Origin: Bugula neritina
Taxonomy: Eukaryota; Animalia; Bryozoa
DNA length: 64,000 nt
Assembly (NCBI GenBank): GCA_964035545.1
Contig: OZ037770.1
Coordinates: 372,001 to 436,000, forward strand
Direction of reading: 5' to 3'
A program made the translations under genes and the position numbers. Below, piece after piece: positions 1 through 13,300 of the stretch. The notes beneath the pieces are model-generated. The model did no database searches. It saw only the letters and a program-made list of their open reading frames with translations, and was not told the DNA's origin. The first letter of the stretch is position 1, and each line of letters opens with the position of its first letter.

Positions 1-207
1 TAATATAACATATATTATATTATAATATATGTTATATTACATCTTATAATCTATATTATGATATAATATATATTATATCATAATTATATTAAATATATAT
101 TATGATATAATATGTATTATAATATATATTTTAAGATATATTATAATATATATCATGTTATATGATATATATTATAATATATAGTATATTGACTGGACAA
201 TTTGCAG

Positions 208-1203
208 GTTTAGTCACCAGTATGACATCACACCTGGACGAGAAGTGGGTGGCTGTGGGTACGAGTCAAGGTTCGATAACTCTATACGACATGAGATTTC
301 AACTTCCTGTCAACAGCATCATTCACGGTTCAGACGCAGGTAAATATTTCACCTTTCAGTCAGTGCCTGTTTTTCCTGCTCGCTGCAATTCAGACGTTAC
401 AGCACATGCTCTCATGACATCACAGCACACTCTCATGACATCACAGCACACTCTCATGACATCACAACGTGTATTGCAGGCCGCAGAGTCAACCGTCTCT
501 CGAGTCACCCGGCGGAGAGCTCGTGGGTGGTCGGAGCTATGGCCGGTCACAACGAGCTCTCCATCTGGAATCTGGAGACGAAGCAGAGACAGAAGATGTT
601 GTGGGCGAGCAGCTCTCCCGTGTTTGCCAGAGAGAGTAACAGGATGTGGGTCAACGGGTTCCACGTCCACCAGAGCGGCTCTCAGTCCTTCGTCATCACC
701 GCCGGCTCTGATAGGAACATTCGCTTCTGGGACCTGAACCAGCCGGCCAACTCTGCTCTGGTGGTGGGGGGAACGGCGGACAAGGTGGACACCAAGGTGT
801 ACCGCTACAAGTACGTTACGCTATGTTACTAATCTGTAATACTGTGTATATTACTGTGTATACTATACTGTGTATATTATACTATAGTACTGTATATTAC
901 TGTGTATATTACTGTGTGTATTACTGTATATTACTGCTCTATGTTACTGTATATTACTCTGTGTATTACTACTAATGTATCCCCAATAACCTCTACAGGT
1001 CCAGCGTAGTTGACGGCACAGACTGTATAGTAGAATCTAGTGAAGAGGTCAATAGGTCAACTACTGAAATGGGAGAACGAGTAATCCGGGCCAAGCCTCA
1101 ACCCGGCCACCATAACGCCATCACAGACCTGGGGGTTTACCACACTACACACCCCTTTATTGTGTCTACATCCGCCACTGGCATCGTCAAAGTGTGGAAA
1201 TAG
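208..1203 (+). CDS. PIK3R4: PI3-kinase regulatory subunit 4 (VPS15), last three coding exons (C-terminal WD40); gene starts upstream of the window
   Basis: Exons 208-339, 480-810 and 999-1203 have canonical AG/GT ends and join in frame: ...KWVAVGTSQGSITLYDMRFQLP...GHNELSIWNLET...LWASSSP...ITAGSDRNIRFWDL...PGHHNAITDLGVY...GIVKVWK*. This matches the VPS15 C-terminus (DMRFQLP, TAGSDxxIRFWDL, GHHDxITD, GIVKVWK). Confidence 0.95.
405..466. repeat. 21-bp tandem repeat (CTCTCATGACATCACAGCACA) x3 in a PIK3R4 intron
   Basis: Direct periodicity in the sequence; it explains the HTLMTSQ repeats in the spurious ORF 162..737. Confidence 0.85.
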
Positions 1204-2047
1204 CATGCAATAGACTTACCTTAATTTACCTGTAGATACACGTTTATTTATCCCTGACTATTTATTGCTCTCTCAATCCCACGATACAGAGAGTTCAACC
1301 CACAGTTGTGCATAGTACTTCATTCTTTTACCTTATCTTGTAATTAATTCTTAATATAATGTATTAATATTCATTTATGATTTCCTGTTTTTAAATGCTC
1401 CAATCTGTCCTTTCAACTGTGTGCTAGATTTTATACACGCAAATTAACAAATATGACTGTTTCCTGCTATAAATATGGCGGCTAAAATACAAGACGAAAG
1501 ATTTTCAGTTTCATAAATTAATGACTATTGTAATGTAGCATGATGGAAAGTAATAATCAAGTGTTTGATATGAAGTTGTGTTCTCTCCAGTTAAAAGAGA
1601 AGATAACTACAGCAAGATTTTTATTATAACAAAAAGTATAGCTGTAATTGTCCTCTCTTTTAAATTCAGAGACCAATAATTATATTTGTGGGTAAATTTT
1701 ATATACAATTATGTTCCAATATAATACAATCTACTTTCTCTTGAGCAATGAGTGATTGAAAATTTCTGCTATAGAGAAGTTGTTTTTTATTAGACTGTGT
1801 TCTTATAAAAGCTGTTGATTAACGGGTAGTCAACTAGCTACCCTGTAAAAGATCTAATAACTGTCAGAAGCACTGGCTATTTCTGCTGTTGATTGTCTTG
1901 TGAGAACTGAGAGTTGTCTTTCCTTTTTAGCTGCTTCAGTAATATACTGTAGTATGTAGTAATACACTGTAGTATATAGTAATATACTGCAGTATATAGT
2001 AATATATTGTAGTATATAGTAATTCATACTGTAGTGGTGTAATATAA

Positions 2048-2765
2048 TGTGGTAGTAGCGGTGTGGTGTGGTAGTAGGGGTGTGGTGTGGTAGTAGCGGT
2101 GTGGTGTGGTAGTAGCGGTGTGGTGTGGTAGTAGCGGTGTGGTGTGGTAGTAGCGGTGTGGTGTGGTAGTAGCGGTGTGGTGTGGTAGTAGCGGTGTGGT
2201 GTGGTAGTAGCGGTGTGGTGTGGTAGTAGCGGTGTGGTGTGGTAGTAGCGGTGTGGTGTGGTAGTAGCGGTGTGGTGTGGTAGTAGCGGTGTGGTACTAG
2301 CGGTGTGGTGTGGTAGTAGCGGTGTGGTACTAGCGGTGTGGTGTGGTAGTAGCGGTGTGGTGTGGTAGTAGCGGTTTGGTGTGGTAGTAGCGGTGTGGTA
2401 CTAGCGGTGTGGTGTGGTAGTAGCGGTGTGGTGTGGTAGTAGCTGTGTGGTGTGGTAGTAGCGGTGTGGTACTAGCGGTGTGGTGTGGTAGTAGCGGTGT
2501 GGTGTGGTAGTAGCTGTGTGGTGTGGTAGTAGCGGTGTGGTGTGGTAGTAGCGGTGTGGTGTGGTAGTAGCTGTGTGGTGTGGTAGTAGCGGTGTGGTGT
2601 GGTAGTAGCGGTGTGGTGTGGTAGTAGCGGTGTGGTGTGGTAGTAGCGGTGTGGTGTGGTAGTAGCGGTGTGGTGTGGTAGTAGCGGTGTGGTGTGGTAG
2701 TAGCGGTGTGGTGTGGTAGTAGCGGTGTGGTGTGGTAGTAGTGGTGTGGTGTGGTAGTAGCGGTA
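2048..2765. repeat. 19-bp minisatellite (GTGGTAGTAGCGGTGTGGT)n, about 38 units
   Basis: Near-perfect 19-bp periodicity; a short ~20-bp AGTAATATACTGTAGTATAT repeat precedes it at ~1938-2025. Confidence 0.95.
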
Positions 2766-4495
2766 GTGTACGAGGCAATTATTCAACACTAATGTCTGAT
2801 TAACACCGTATTATAAATTACCTCCTTATTATTAGTAATTATTGTTTCCAATCACAATGGCCCATTAGTTGTCTTAAATTCACAACAAGTCATGTTGAAA
2901 AAGTAGAAATATTTCAATATATGATTATCTGAGCCAACTTCAAACCTGTTGATCCTGTAACTGTATAGCACCACACACCGTATACTGCACTCTGTTGTGT
3001 ATAAAGTAATAATATATAATACAATATAAGTATACAGTGTGTAGTGTACAATCTATACCACACACTGTGTGCTATACACTGTATACCACAAGGTGTATAA
3101 TTCACATTGTATATATTGATACTTTATATGCACCACATTATGTGTTATTTTATGTATTCTATTACAACATAACATATAATATACCATTTTATATATAACA
3201 TGTGATATATATCATTATACTTACTCTACAGTAAGACACCTGAATACATTGTTGCATCATATTAGACTATCTTCATAAGTAGCACATGACTGTACATCAG
3301 AATGTCATTTCGTAACATAATACGCTTAATATAGTCCGCGTCAATCCTTAAAGTTTGTCTCTTGACAATTCTTAACCTATACAGTTATACTGGACATCAA
3401 CTCACATCGAATATGACTGTACATGTATAAATCTATAAGTATTCAATATTAATTATTAATTGATTAATTGGAGATGCAAGAAATACACTAATTTATACGA
3501 AGTAAGTAAATATCAGCTTATAGTTAGAAAGAAGTACAGCTAAACTCAATTGGCACGCATAACCATGATGAAGTGATACAGTTGCCATGCTAAGTGTTCC
3601 TGACAGGCTTATAAATTATTCCTACAATTAATATACAAATAACTTCCAGATGTACGTCTTCCTTTCCCTCTCCGCTCACAGTTGTACTACTAGGTGAACT
3701 TTCTAGCCTGCTAAGACTTGAATTAAATAAGTTTTCTTTTGGGTAGAAATCATTTTCTTAAAGGAAGGGCATTTGGGTAACAAAACATGTGACTGCCAGA
3801 AAAGCTACTACATTTTTAGTGTTCTTTTTTCATTTGTCACTCTATCCTCCATTTTGTCCCCAGTTGCACCTGGAATATTGTAATAGAAGTAGCTATAGTA
3901 CGGGTGGGACACTACACGCACCACAATTCACCAAGCAGGGTTATATACTATGTGTGCATGTAATAACCTATCATGTCTAACCATGCATTGCATTGAGCTT
4001 CATAAACTAGTACTAAGTTAGTTATATATTTGTTATTGTGTAGTTTGGCATTTCACACCAATAAATCATCCAATTCATCAACTCATCAAATTTCACAATA
4101 TGTGTGCATATATATAGCGGAAGGTGTATTCATAGTCACATGAACTAAGCAAAATAACACTTTTAACTTGTTTTCAGTTATCATTCACGCTACATGTGGT
4201 GCTTTATTGACAAATGAATATGCACTTTCCTCTTATAACTACAAATTCGAACACAGTATTGTGTACAAGAGGGCAACACAATACTATGGCTAATCAAAAT
4301 ATAAAACATTTCTCCAAATGAGCACAACTTTTTCCATATGATAAAAAACTGTCAGATAAAAAAGTTGTCATAAATAATTTTCATACTGTACACCGGGGAA
4401 AATTTACAGCTTTTACACTAGCATAACTAATGTCAAGGACATATCTCTGTGTAGCCACACGTCAGCTGCCGTGCTTTGTCGTTAATTACAAAATA

Positions 4496-5833
4496 TTAGT
4501 AGGTTGAGCGTTCATCTGAGGTGATGCCCGAGAGACCGCTGTAGGTACGACTCAGCTCAGACTTCTCGCTGATAACTGACATGACGTCTACAGCGTCGAA
4601 TACGCTGTGTCTGTCCCTCACCGAGCCCGACCTCGTTCTCTTCACCTCGCCTTTGATGTCTCCACTCCTGCCAAACGTCAAGTCCTCAGTGATGGTGATG
4701 AAGTCACCGTCTGAGTCTGAGTCATCGGAGTTGTGCAGACGGTCGCATACGGACTCCTTGCTTGCTGTCACAGAGTTAGACGAGATCGTCACGACTTGCT
4801 CCATCTGTTTGGGGCGTCTCAAAGTCGCCCATATTTTACGCCTTAAAGCTGGATTGAGGACGAGGAAGACAACCGGTAAAGCAATTAGACAGAGTTTGTG
4901 GAGTATAATACACGCCCTGAATATCACGTCTGGCAGGATCTCGTTACAGAAATAGTCTCCTGTCAGCTCATTGCTGCCGCACATCAGTACTAGTTGGAGA
5001 GAGGCAGCGAATGGTACGAGAGCAAGGAACAGCAGGCCAGTAATGACTACCGCCGACACTGTTCCTTGTTTCATCACTATTTTCCTCCGCATAGAGGTGT
5101 GTAGGTGACTGAGTCTGAGCTTGAGCCTGAATACTACTGCTACAGAGAACACGCTTGTCAGAGCTACAGAGAAGATGGTGAGGGCGGTGTAGACGTAAGC
5201 AAATGCATAACCATATAGTAGGTTCCTATTGCACCTGGTGTTGACGTCTGCACTGAATAGGTTGGTAGTCGGGAGGATGCTGACCACCAGCGCCATGGAG
5301 TAGGCAATGACCAGCAGACAAGCGAGTAAGTGCTTGGTCTGTCTGGTGGATAAATACTCCTTAGACTCCAGTCGTATAAGTCTCTCTACGCTCAGCATGG
5401 GTAGAGACAGCAGTATCGCTATCATGAAATAGTCTGGGGTCAGTGTCATAATCATACACAGTACGGGGTGTGTTATGCCCATCCTATCTTCCTTCATTAC
5501 CATGAGAGGAGCTCTCAGTCCGAGGTCACAGATTGCTACGAGACAAATGTTGGTGAGAATACTGATCATGACCAGACTCGCGTGTTTGGCGATTTGTTTC
5601 CTCAGAAGAAAGAGTAGCAACAGGAAGCCGCACGTCACCAACTGACCAATAGAGGAGACTATAACAGTGGCAACAGCCGGCACACTAAATGTCGTGTCAT
5701 TCAAAATGGCTGCAAACTCGTCATCCATTGTATCGGTTTGTAACTCGGTAGAGTTTAAACGGAAGAGCAGCTCACTTTCTGCCGGGGTGCTTCCTGTTGA
5801 CATCATGCCTTCATTATACAGGAAGTATGTCAT
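4496..5833 (-). CDS. Orphan rhodopsin-like (class A) GPCR, single coding exon, ~445 aa
   Basis: Seven hydrophobic segments and N-terminal N-glycosylation sequons (NST, NDT). TM3 Cys and ECL2 Cys are present, SVERL lies at the D/ERY position, and TM6 has ALVPF. TM7 LPVVFLVLNPALRR is followed by an Ser/acidic C-tail. A splice acceptor just upstream (~5878) suggests non-coding 5' exon(s). Confidence 0.85.
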   Translation of the reverse strand: MTYFLYNEGMMSTGSTPAESELLFRLNSTELQTDTMDDEFAAILNDTTFSVPAVATVIVSSIGQLVTCGFLLLLFLLRKQIAKHASLVMISILTNICLVAICDLGLRAPLMVMKEDRMGITHPVLCMIMTLTPDYFMIAILLSLPMLSVERLIRLESKEYLSTRQTKHLLACLLVIAYSMALVVSILPTTNLFSADVNTRCNRNLLYGYAFAYVYTALTIFSVALTSVFSVAVVFRLKLRLSHLHTSMRRKIVMKQGTVSAVVITGLLFLALVPFAASLQLVLMCGSNELTGDYFCNEILPDVIFRACIILHKLCLIALPVVFLVLNPALRRKIWATLRRPKQMEQVVTISSNSVTASKESVCDRLHNSDDSDSDGDFITITEDLTFGRSGDIKGEVKRTRSGSVRDRHSVFDAVDVMSVISEKSELSRTYSGLSGITSDERSTY

Positions 5834-7404
5834 CAGCTACAGAGTGTGCAGCGTCGTCTATGGGTTCAAGTTCTAACCTGTAATGAGGTAATGACTGCTC
5901 AGTATATTCTAAAGACTTACACAACGTCCACCATGTCGCATCACATTACATTCTGTCACATGTGTCAGACATGATGTCTGTCACATCACACTACATTATG
6001 TGACAGTACATTACGTCAGACAGTATCATACTATATGTCACCAAGGTGTAAAAGAGCAATACAGAAGGTAAACTTACAGATAAATCTATATTCAACTTAC
6101 CAGCTTGGTGAACCACCAGGATCTGGTGACTTTCTAAAAGGAAACAAGATCTTTTCTTCTTAATAACTATTTCCAAATTACTTGGTTTATAAAGTATCCA
6201 TTGTAATGGCTACAGCTGAAACTTCTCTTGGCGTCTTACCCTCTTACCTTCTCATCTAGCTTACCTTTGTCTCGTTTACAAACAAGCCAATGCTCTCACT
6301 CGTAATGCTCCACTGGGCATGCTCCTTCGGATTAGGCTCACCACAACCTATCATTCACCGTTTCCATACAATCACTCTAAAAGTGAGACTGAAAATCCTG
6401 AATGGTGCACTTTATCATAGAGTAGGTCTGGGAAGTTACACGCCCTTCCCAATTTGCTTGGAGCCAAAGCTAGCTCAGGGCAAATAGCTTAATCTCTTGA
6501 TCTCCCAATTGTGTTTGGAAACGGAGTCACGTAATAAAAGTGTTGATCTGCTGTTTGCTGAAAATGTGTTCAAAATAAATATAAGAATACAAGCAGAGCT
6601 AAATACAATTTTATATACACCAACACACAGATGTGTCAGAAGTGACAGAAGTGTCAGATGTGCTGTTGTTAACATGACACACTGTACAGGTTCCCTCCTC
6701 CATATTCTCATCTACCTAAATGTATAGCCATTAGATATGGTTAATTAGAAAGTTTCCTACAGCATCCAAGCGTTCAAAAACTGGTGATAAGAAGACACAC
6801 AGACAGACGAATCACTCTGTCACCCTGACTCGGCAATTTTTTGTGATTTATATTTTCGTTCTCCGTTACTTCGTCTCACTCTGTAAAAGGAAGTTGATTT
6901 ATGAGAAAGATTCATATATTTGATGAGTTTAACCAGGAATATATGTGATTAGGTCCAACATGCTACAGCAGTATAGAGTGTGTTATAAACATCAATGACT
7001 GTATATGTTACATATGTTATTATGTTACATGTGGGGGGGGGGGAGTATAACTTCTTATAAATTGAGTGGGAATCTAAGCAGTATATAATTGAGTATTTTT
7101 CTATCAAATCATAATAGGTGTTAGAATGTAGGACCTGCATCTAGTTGCTGTAATATAATATTATATACTGTCAACTTGCTATAATAATATATAATATATT
7201 ATCAATAACTGTTATATTATATATGCAAGTTAACAAATTTTTTATACTACATTATATATACTCTATTATATTATTTATTATATGCAAGCAGTCTTTTCTC
7301 TATACAAATTTGCATAAAGCTGAAAATATCATCTATGTGTGCAAATTTACAAGAATTACATAATGTTTATTTGCTGCTATTTCATTGCATATAACAATAT
7401 AGTG

Positions 7405-7601
<197 letters not shown>

Positions 7602-7680
7602 AGAGCAGCAGTAGCCTAGATATTAGAGTGCTGACCTAGTAAACCTTAGGTCAAAGGTTCAAGGTTGTTGGTGACGTCAT
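7602..7680 (+). mobile_element. Degenerate, truncated copy of the tRNA-derived SINE head
   Basis: Alignable by eye to 8366-8455 (agag..gc.gt.g..cagA.gttagagtg...ctagtaaac...ggtca..ggttc...ttggtga). Confidence 0.55.
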
Positions 7681-8365
7681 ACACAGCCCATACCATTCTT
7701 AAAAACTTCTTCAAAGGCTTTCAGAGAGTGGAGATTTTAAACAAATTTTGTATAATACTATGGGCTATTTATAATAATACAATAATATATTACATACCTA
7801 CATAAAATATAATAGTATTATGTTATGCATTATATAGTAATATTATACTATACACTATATAGTAATATATATTGTTATGCATGTATTAAGTAATATATAC
7901 ACAAAATAATATATCATTGTCGTTAATCTGCACTTGAATCTTTACTTAAAAAACCTGCAATGATGTAAAAAACAGTATTTTCATTTTTCCCATTTAACCC
8001 ATCACTATAACTACTGCATCAAGTATCAGACGAGACTGTGTGACTTATCGTCACGTGTCCCATTAGTAGGTCAGTTACTCTGTGACCTTTTATACTCTGC
8101 ACATCCTCTTGGAGCTTTTCCCTGACTGCATATTTCAGCTTCTCTACTCACATACCACAATGAACTCCTGTCAGTTCCTATACCTGCTTTACACAAGCAG
8201 GAAATGCAACTCGTTTCCTTGCCAACTGCCTTCGAGAGTTCTTCAGCCTCTTTTTGAATTACTTCAAACTTTTAATCACAGTTGGAGCCAAACTGGTTAT
8301 TATTAATTTCTTCTACTAGTTTTATAAATTGGTGATTACCCTCTGTATAATAAGCCATTAGGCAA

Positions 8366-8570
8366 CAGAGTAGCCGTGGTCCAGAGGTTAGAGTGTCTGC
8401 TTAGTAAACAGGAGGTCATGGGTTCCAACCCGACAAAGACCATTGGTGATGATAGGAAGAGCATTCAGTCATAATTGCTCCTGTGCCCCATCTAAATAAA
8501 TCCTTAACAGAAAAACCCTTCCACTAGGAGTTCTCACAGGGATAGTGACTATAAACCTGTGCAAGTGTTT
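8366..8570 (+). mobile_element. tRNA-Thr(AGT)-derived SINE with ~20-bp target-site duplication
   Basis: The head GCCGTGGTCCAGAGGTTAGAGTGTCTGCTTAGTAAACAGGAGGTCATGGGTTCCAACCC resembles metazoan tRNA-Thr(AGT), with A and B boxes but no 3' acceptor stem. It is flanked by TATAATAAGCCATTAGGCAA (8346-8365) and TATAATAAGTTACTAGGCAA (8571-8590), 17/20 identical. Confidence 0.75.
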
Positions 8571-8786
8571 TATAATAAGTTACTAGGCAAAGCCGTTTAG
8601 TTCTCACCATAGATACAGATAGTAGATTTACACTCCCCATACTTCCCTGTACGCTCAGACTGACTGGTCATATTGTAAGTTATAATTTCAGGGGTTGGAT
8701 GTAATAATGAGCCCCTCCTTTTTACTGACCCAGCACACTACTTTTATAGTGTATGTGATGTGCAGGGAAAGACTTACTGTAACTGA

Positions 8787-8889
8787 TGGATATCTACCTC
8801 TACCAGTGGTGGATAACAACCCCTGCCAGTGGTGGATATCAACCCCTACCAGTGGTGGATATCAACCCCTACCAGTGGTGGATATCAAC
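8787..8889. repeat. 23-bp tandem repeat (CCTACCAGTGGTGGATATCAACC) ~4.5 copies
   Basis: Direct periodicity; a single related monomer (CCAGTGGTGGATATGAACCCCT) occurs at ~38478-38499. Confidence 0.85.
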
Positions 8890-10343
8890 TTTTATACCTG
8901 CGGCTGCAGAAAGCTTTGTTTAGCATGAGTTTTAAGGCATTGAAACTTTAATTTAAAGGAACTGATGCTATGTGAAAGACGTCCCCCACCTGCCCTGTAA
9001 GGCAGGCCTAATTGTTCACAGAGTCACATGACGTGACTTCTCGAATGGGAGGATTAGGCTACAACCCAGCATTACTGCAGCTCTCGTAAATGTTGGGGCG
9101 AGTTGTTCACACACCCCATATGCTGGCCCAGCAATAGGCTAACCTAAGTCTATAATCCTGACAGATGGCTACTTACAATCTGCGGTGAAAAGTTCATTCC
9201 TCTAGGATGTCATGAGATTAGAGGAACATACCAGATCACCATGTGAAGCTCTAAAAATCCGGCTGAGTTAAACAATTTTCATCAAATTGCTACATCAAAC
9301 TGAACCTGGTTTCAGCTCAACAAATGTATAACTACTAGTCAATAACATGAAGTTGTCTGCTCCTTATTGGATAAATTCTCTGAAGTCTGCATTAACTAAT
9401 GAAATCTTACCAGTACATATGCCAGAGAGCCAAACTATTTAAAATAACGTAACAAAACTAAATGTTTAAAAGAACTTACAAAAGCTAACCATAGAAAGTA
9501 AAGTTGCTCTCGGTTACAGTGGGGTCCAGTAACTACCAGCCCAGAAACAGGGGGGAGGGGGGGTCCCGGCCCTAAACCGTAGTCCCTAAAGACACTAGCC
9601 CAAGGTCAGTTTTCTTATAGCTAATCAAGATGGCTCAACGTAGCTATAACCATTCATATACTTGTTATATAGAATATATTCAAGTTATCTTCAACCGAAT
9701 TTATGTCTCAGCAAAACACATTTAATTTTAATCTGCACAGCTTGAGCCACTGCCCTGAGTTCTACAGCCATTACACTGAGTTCTACAGCCATTACACTGA
9801 GCTCTGCTTACTCCATGAGAGCACTCGAAGCTGGCACAGAGACAAGTATGTATGGGTAAGCCTAACCCAGGCACTAATAGTATAAATTACTCGCAATGTA
9901 TTCCTTTACTGTAACTCATCAATTATAATTAGTCTACTTTCATTACAGCATCTGGCATGTTCAGCTGTTTGTTAATTACCTTCTCTTACACTGAGAGGGG
10001 TCTACACCCGCCCCACCTTTTACTAATAGCAGCGAGGAACTAGGCCAGCTATTGAGTGAACTAGTTGTGTTACGAGTCTGGTGATGCAAGACAGAGTAAA
10101 CAGTGTATCACGAGTTTCAGATATAGCTTGAGTACCACAACGTTTATTGCAGCAAGTGAGGGTGGCAATGGAACCACCCGATAATCAGCAGAATATAAAT
10201 ATCTTCTGAGAAATTATAGAAATTATATCACGAGACCATAAAATAGTTCATGACATGCAATGGGGTATATTTGGTGTAGAGGGAGATAACTGTACAGGAA
10301 ATAGTCTTATGCTAAGAGAAACTGCGGGCTATATAGTCTGAGT

Positions 10344-13300
10344 TCATGTAGAGTCTAAGGGAGGGTAAGATAACTTCTCAACTGTACAAGAGACTAGGGG
10401 AAGATGGTCCACAACCTTGCTGGCATCAGTTATATCTGTTACAGGAATCTACAAACAAAGTGTACGGAGTTGTTCTGCCTTGTAAATATGCAACGACATG
10501 CTTCTAACTAATGGTAACAGATCTAGTGTGTTTACAAGTAATAATTGAACTACTAAAAGTAAAAAAGCTACAAAATATGCTGCGATATGATTTCTTTCAA
10601 TTCATGCGGAATATGCATTTTATTTTCATCATTTTTAAAACATATTCTCACAGCAAATTGGGGAAACAATGACTGTGAATGACTCACTCACTCACACCCA
10701 CTCACTCACGCTCACTCACGCTCACTCACTCACTCACACTCACTCACGCTCACTCACTCACTCACTCACGCTCACTCACGCACTCACTCACTCACTCACT
10801 CACTCACTCACTCACTCACTCACTCACTCACCCACCCACCCACCCACTCACTCACTCACTCACTCACTCTCTCACTGAATACTCACTCTCCCACTCACTC
10901 ACTCTCTCACTCACTCACTCACTCTCTCACTGAATACTCACGCACTCACGCACTCACTCACTCACGCTCACTCACTCACTCACTCACTCACTCACTCACT
11001 CACTCACTCACATGTATCTAACCAATCAAACAAGGAATAGAGTGAGTTACACAAGAAAGCCTGAGTTCTTAGACTCACATCTAGCTGGTGGTAGGGGCTC
11101 TCCCTGAGGCTACACTCTCTGAGGATGTAATTCTTACTATAATCACAGTATAGCCTCGTATCACGAATCCTGACCAAAACATTGTCAACTCTGAGATAAA
11201 ATCTCAACAATATGAAGTAACCAGACGCCATTGCTCTCTACAGTAACACACATTGTGGAATATAGACACGCATAATGATCTCTACATGGATATAGTATAT
11301 ACAGTACTACTCACTAGTATATACCGTATTACTCACTAGTATATACAGTATTACACACTAGTATATACAGTATTACTCACTAGTATATACAGTATTACTC
11401 ACTAGTATATACAGTATTACTCGCTAGTATATACAGTACTACTCACTAGATTATATACCGTATTACTCACTAGTATATACAGTATTACTCACTAGTATAT
11501 ACAGTATTACTCGCTAGTATATACAGTATTACTCACTAGTATATACAGTATTACTCACTAGATTATATACCGTATTACTCACTAGTATATATAGTATTAC
11601 TCGCTAGTATATACAGTATTACTCACTAGATTATATACCGTATTACTCACTAGTATATACAGTATTACTCACTAGTATATACAGTATTACTCACTAGATT
11701 ATATACCGTATTACTCACTAGTATATACAGTATTACTCGCTAGTATATACAGTATTACTCGCTAGTATATACAGTATTACACACTAGTATATACAGTATT
11801 ACTCGCTAGTATATACAGTATTACTCGCTAGTATATACAGTATTACACACTAGTATATACAGTATTACTCGCTAGTATATACAGTATTACTCGCTAGTAT
11901 ATACAGTATTACACACTAGTATATACAGTATTACTCACTAGATTATATACCGTATTACTCACTAGTATATGAAGCATTACATACTAGTATATACCGTATT
12001 ATTTACTAGTATATACAGTATTACTCACTAGTATATACAGTATTACTCACTAGTATATACCGTATTACTCACTAGTATATACCGTATTACTCACTAGTAT
12101 ATACAGTATTACTCGCTAGTATATACCGTATTACTCACTAGTATGTACAGTATTACTCACTAGTATGTACAGTATTACTCACTAGTATATACAGTATTAC
12201 TCACTACTATATACAGTATTACACACTAGTATAGACAGTATTACACACTAGTATATACAGTATTACACACTAGTATATACAATATTACTCACTAGTATAT
12301 ACAGTATTACTCGCTAGTATATACCGTATTACTCGCTAGTATATACCGTATTACTCACACACTTTAGACTGAGTATAGAAGCCCCATTATCAGCCAGCTC
12401 ATCTTCATAAAGTATCAAACTGGCGAAAAATAAAATCTTTTCTTCTATCTTCAATTTTTCATAATCAATTTTCTCAGTCGTTGGATGTACCTACAGATCA
12501 TATAATCTTCATTATATGGTAATATATATAAACTATAAAGTATAGTATGAGACAATATAATAAATATATATATTATACTGTAAGATATGTATCATAGCAT
12601 ATATTACACTATAAAATATAACATAACATAATTATTATGATAGTATAATGTATAATATCTACTGATGGATATTCAAAAACTGAAATACTTCTACTACTGA
12701 AGACGGCAGACAGTAAATGAAGTGCGCATTGCTAATTGTAGGGAAGAAAACTCCAAAGTATAAATAACCGGGTTGCTTAAACTGTTTTAGTTACTTTGCG
12801 AAACAGCCCCTAAAATGGAGACAACTCTAAAGTATGGCACATCACTACAGAGTGTACACACTGAGTGCTACTCACAGTGAAAGCTTTTTCTCCCTCATTT
12901 ATAAGAGTCCCGCTGTAGGTTGTGCTGAATGTCCAATCAAATGGCTTGAATACTTCATGAATGTGTTGACTCTCGTCTCTTGAAGTACACAAACAGATCA
13001 CGTTCTCACAAAGTTACTAACTCAACACAACTCAAATCAATGGTTGCCTGAACTTGGCACTTTTGTATTACATTACTCTACATGACTTAGTTAGCCATTA
13101 ACTTGACTTACCCAACTTGAAACTAGTTTTAGTATGAGTGCGGATGCTACTAGTACCACTGCTACTAGTACTACTAGTAGTAGGCTATTACCACTACTAG
13201 CACTATGAAAATAGACTCTCTAACTACTATTAGTAACACAATACAACATAATTTCTACCTGCTGGACTTCCATGCCTCAGCCACAGCAACTTTCATCAAG

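Noticed and set aside
162-832. ORFs 162..737, 356..670 and 527..832 as separate genes
   Set aside because: They are read-through or antisense products of spliced PIK3R4 exons and introns.
2401-2789. His/Thr/Tyr-rich ORFs on the minus strand
   Set aside because: They are translations of the 19-bp minisatellite; the same applies to ORFs at 7339, 10669-10933, 27521-28197, 49788 and 54297 over simple repeats.
8366-8440. Functional tRNA-Thr gene
   Set aside because: The acceptor and T stems do not pair, a SINE-like body follows, TSDs flank it, and a second degenerate copy lies nearby.
8787-8889. CRISPR-like array (also considered for the 30-bp and 132-bp repeats)
   Set aside because: Units are head-to-tail with no unique spacers, there are no cas genes, and the context is eukaryotic.
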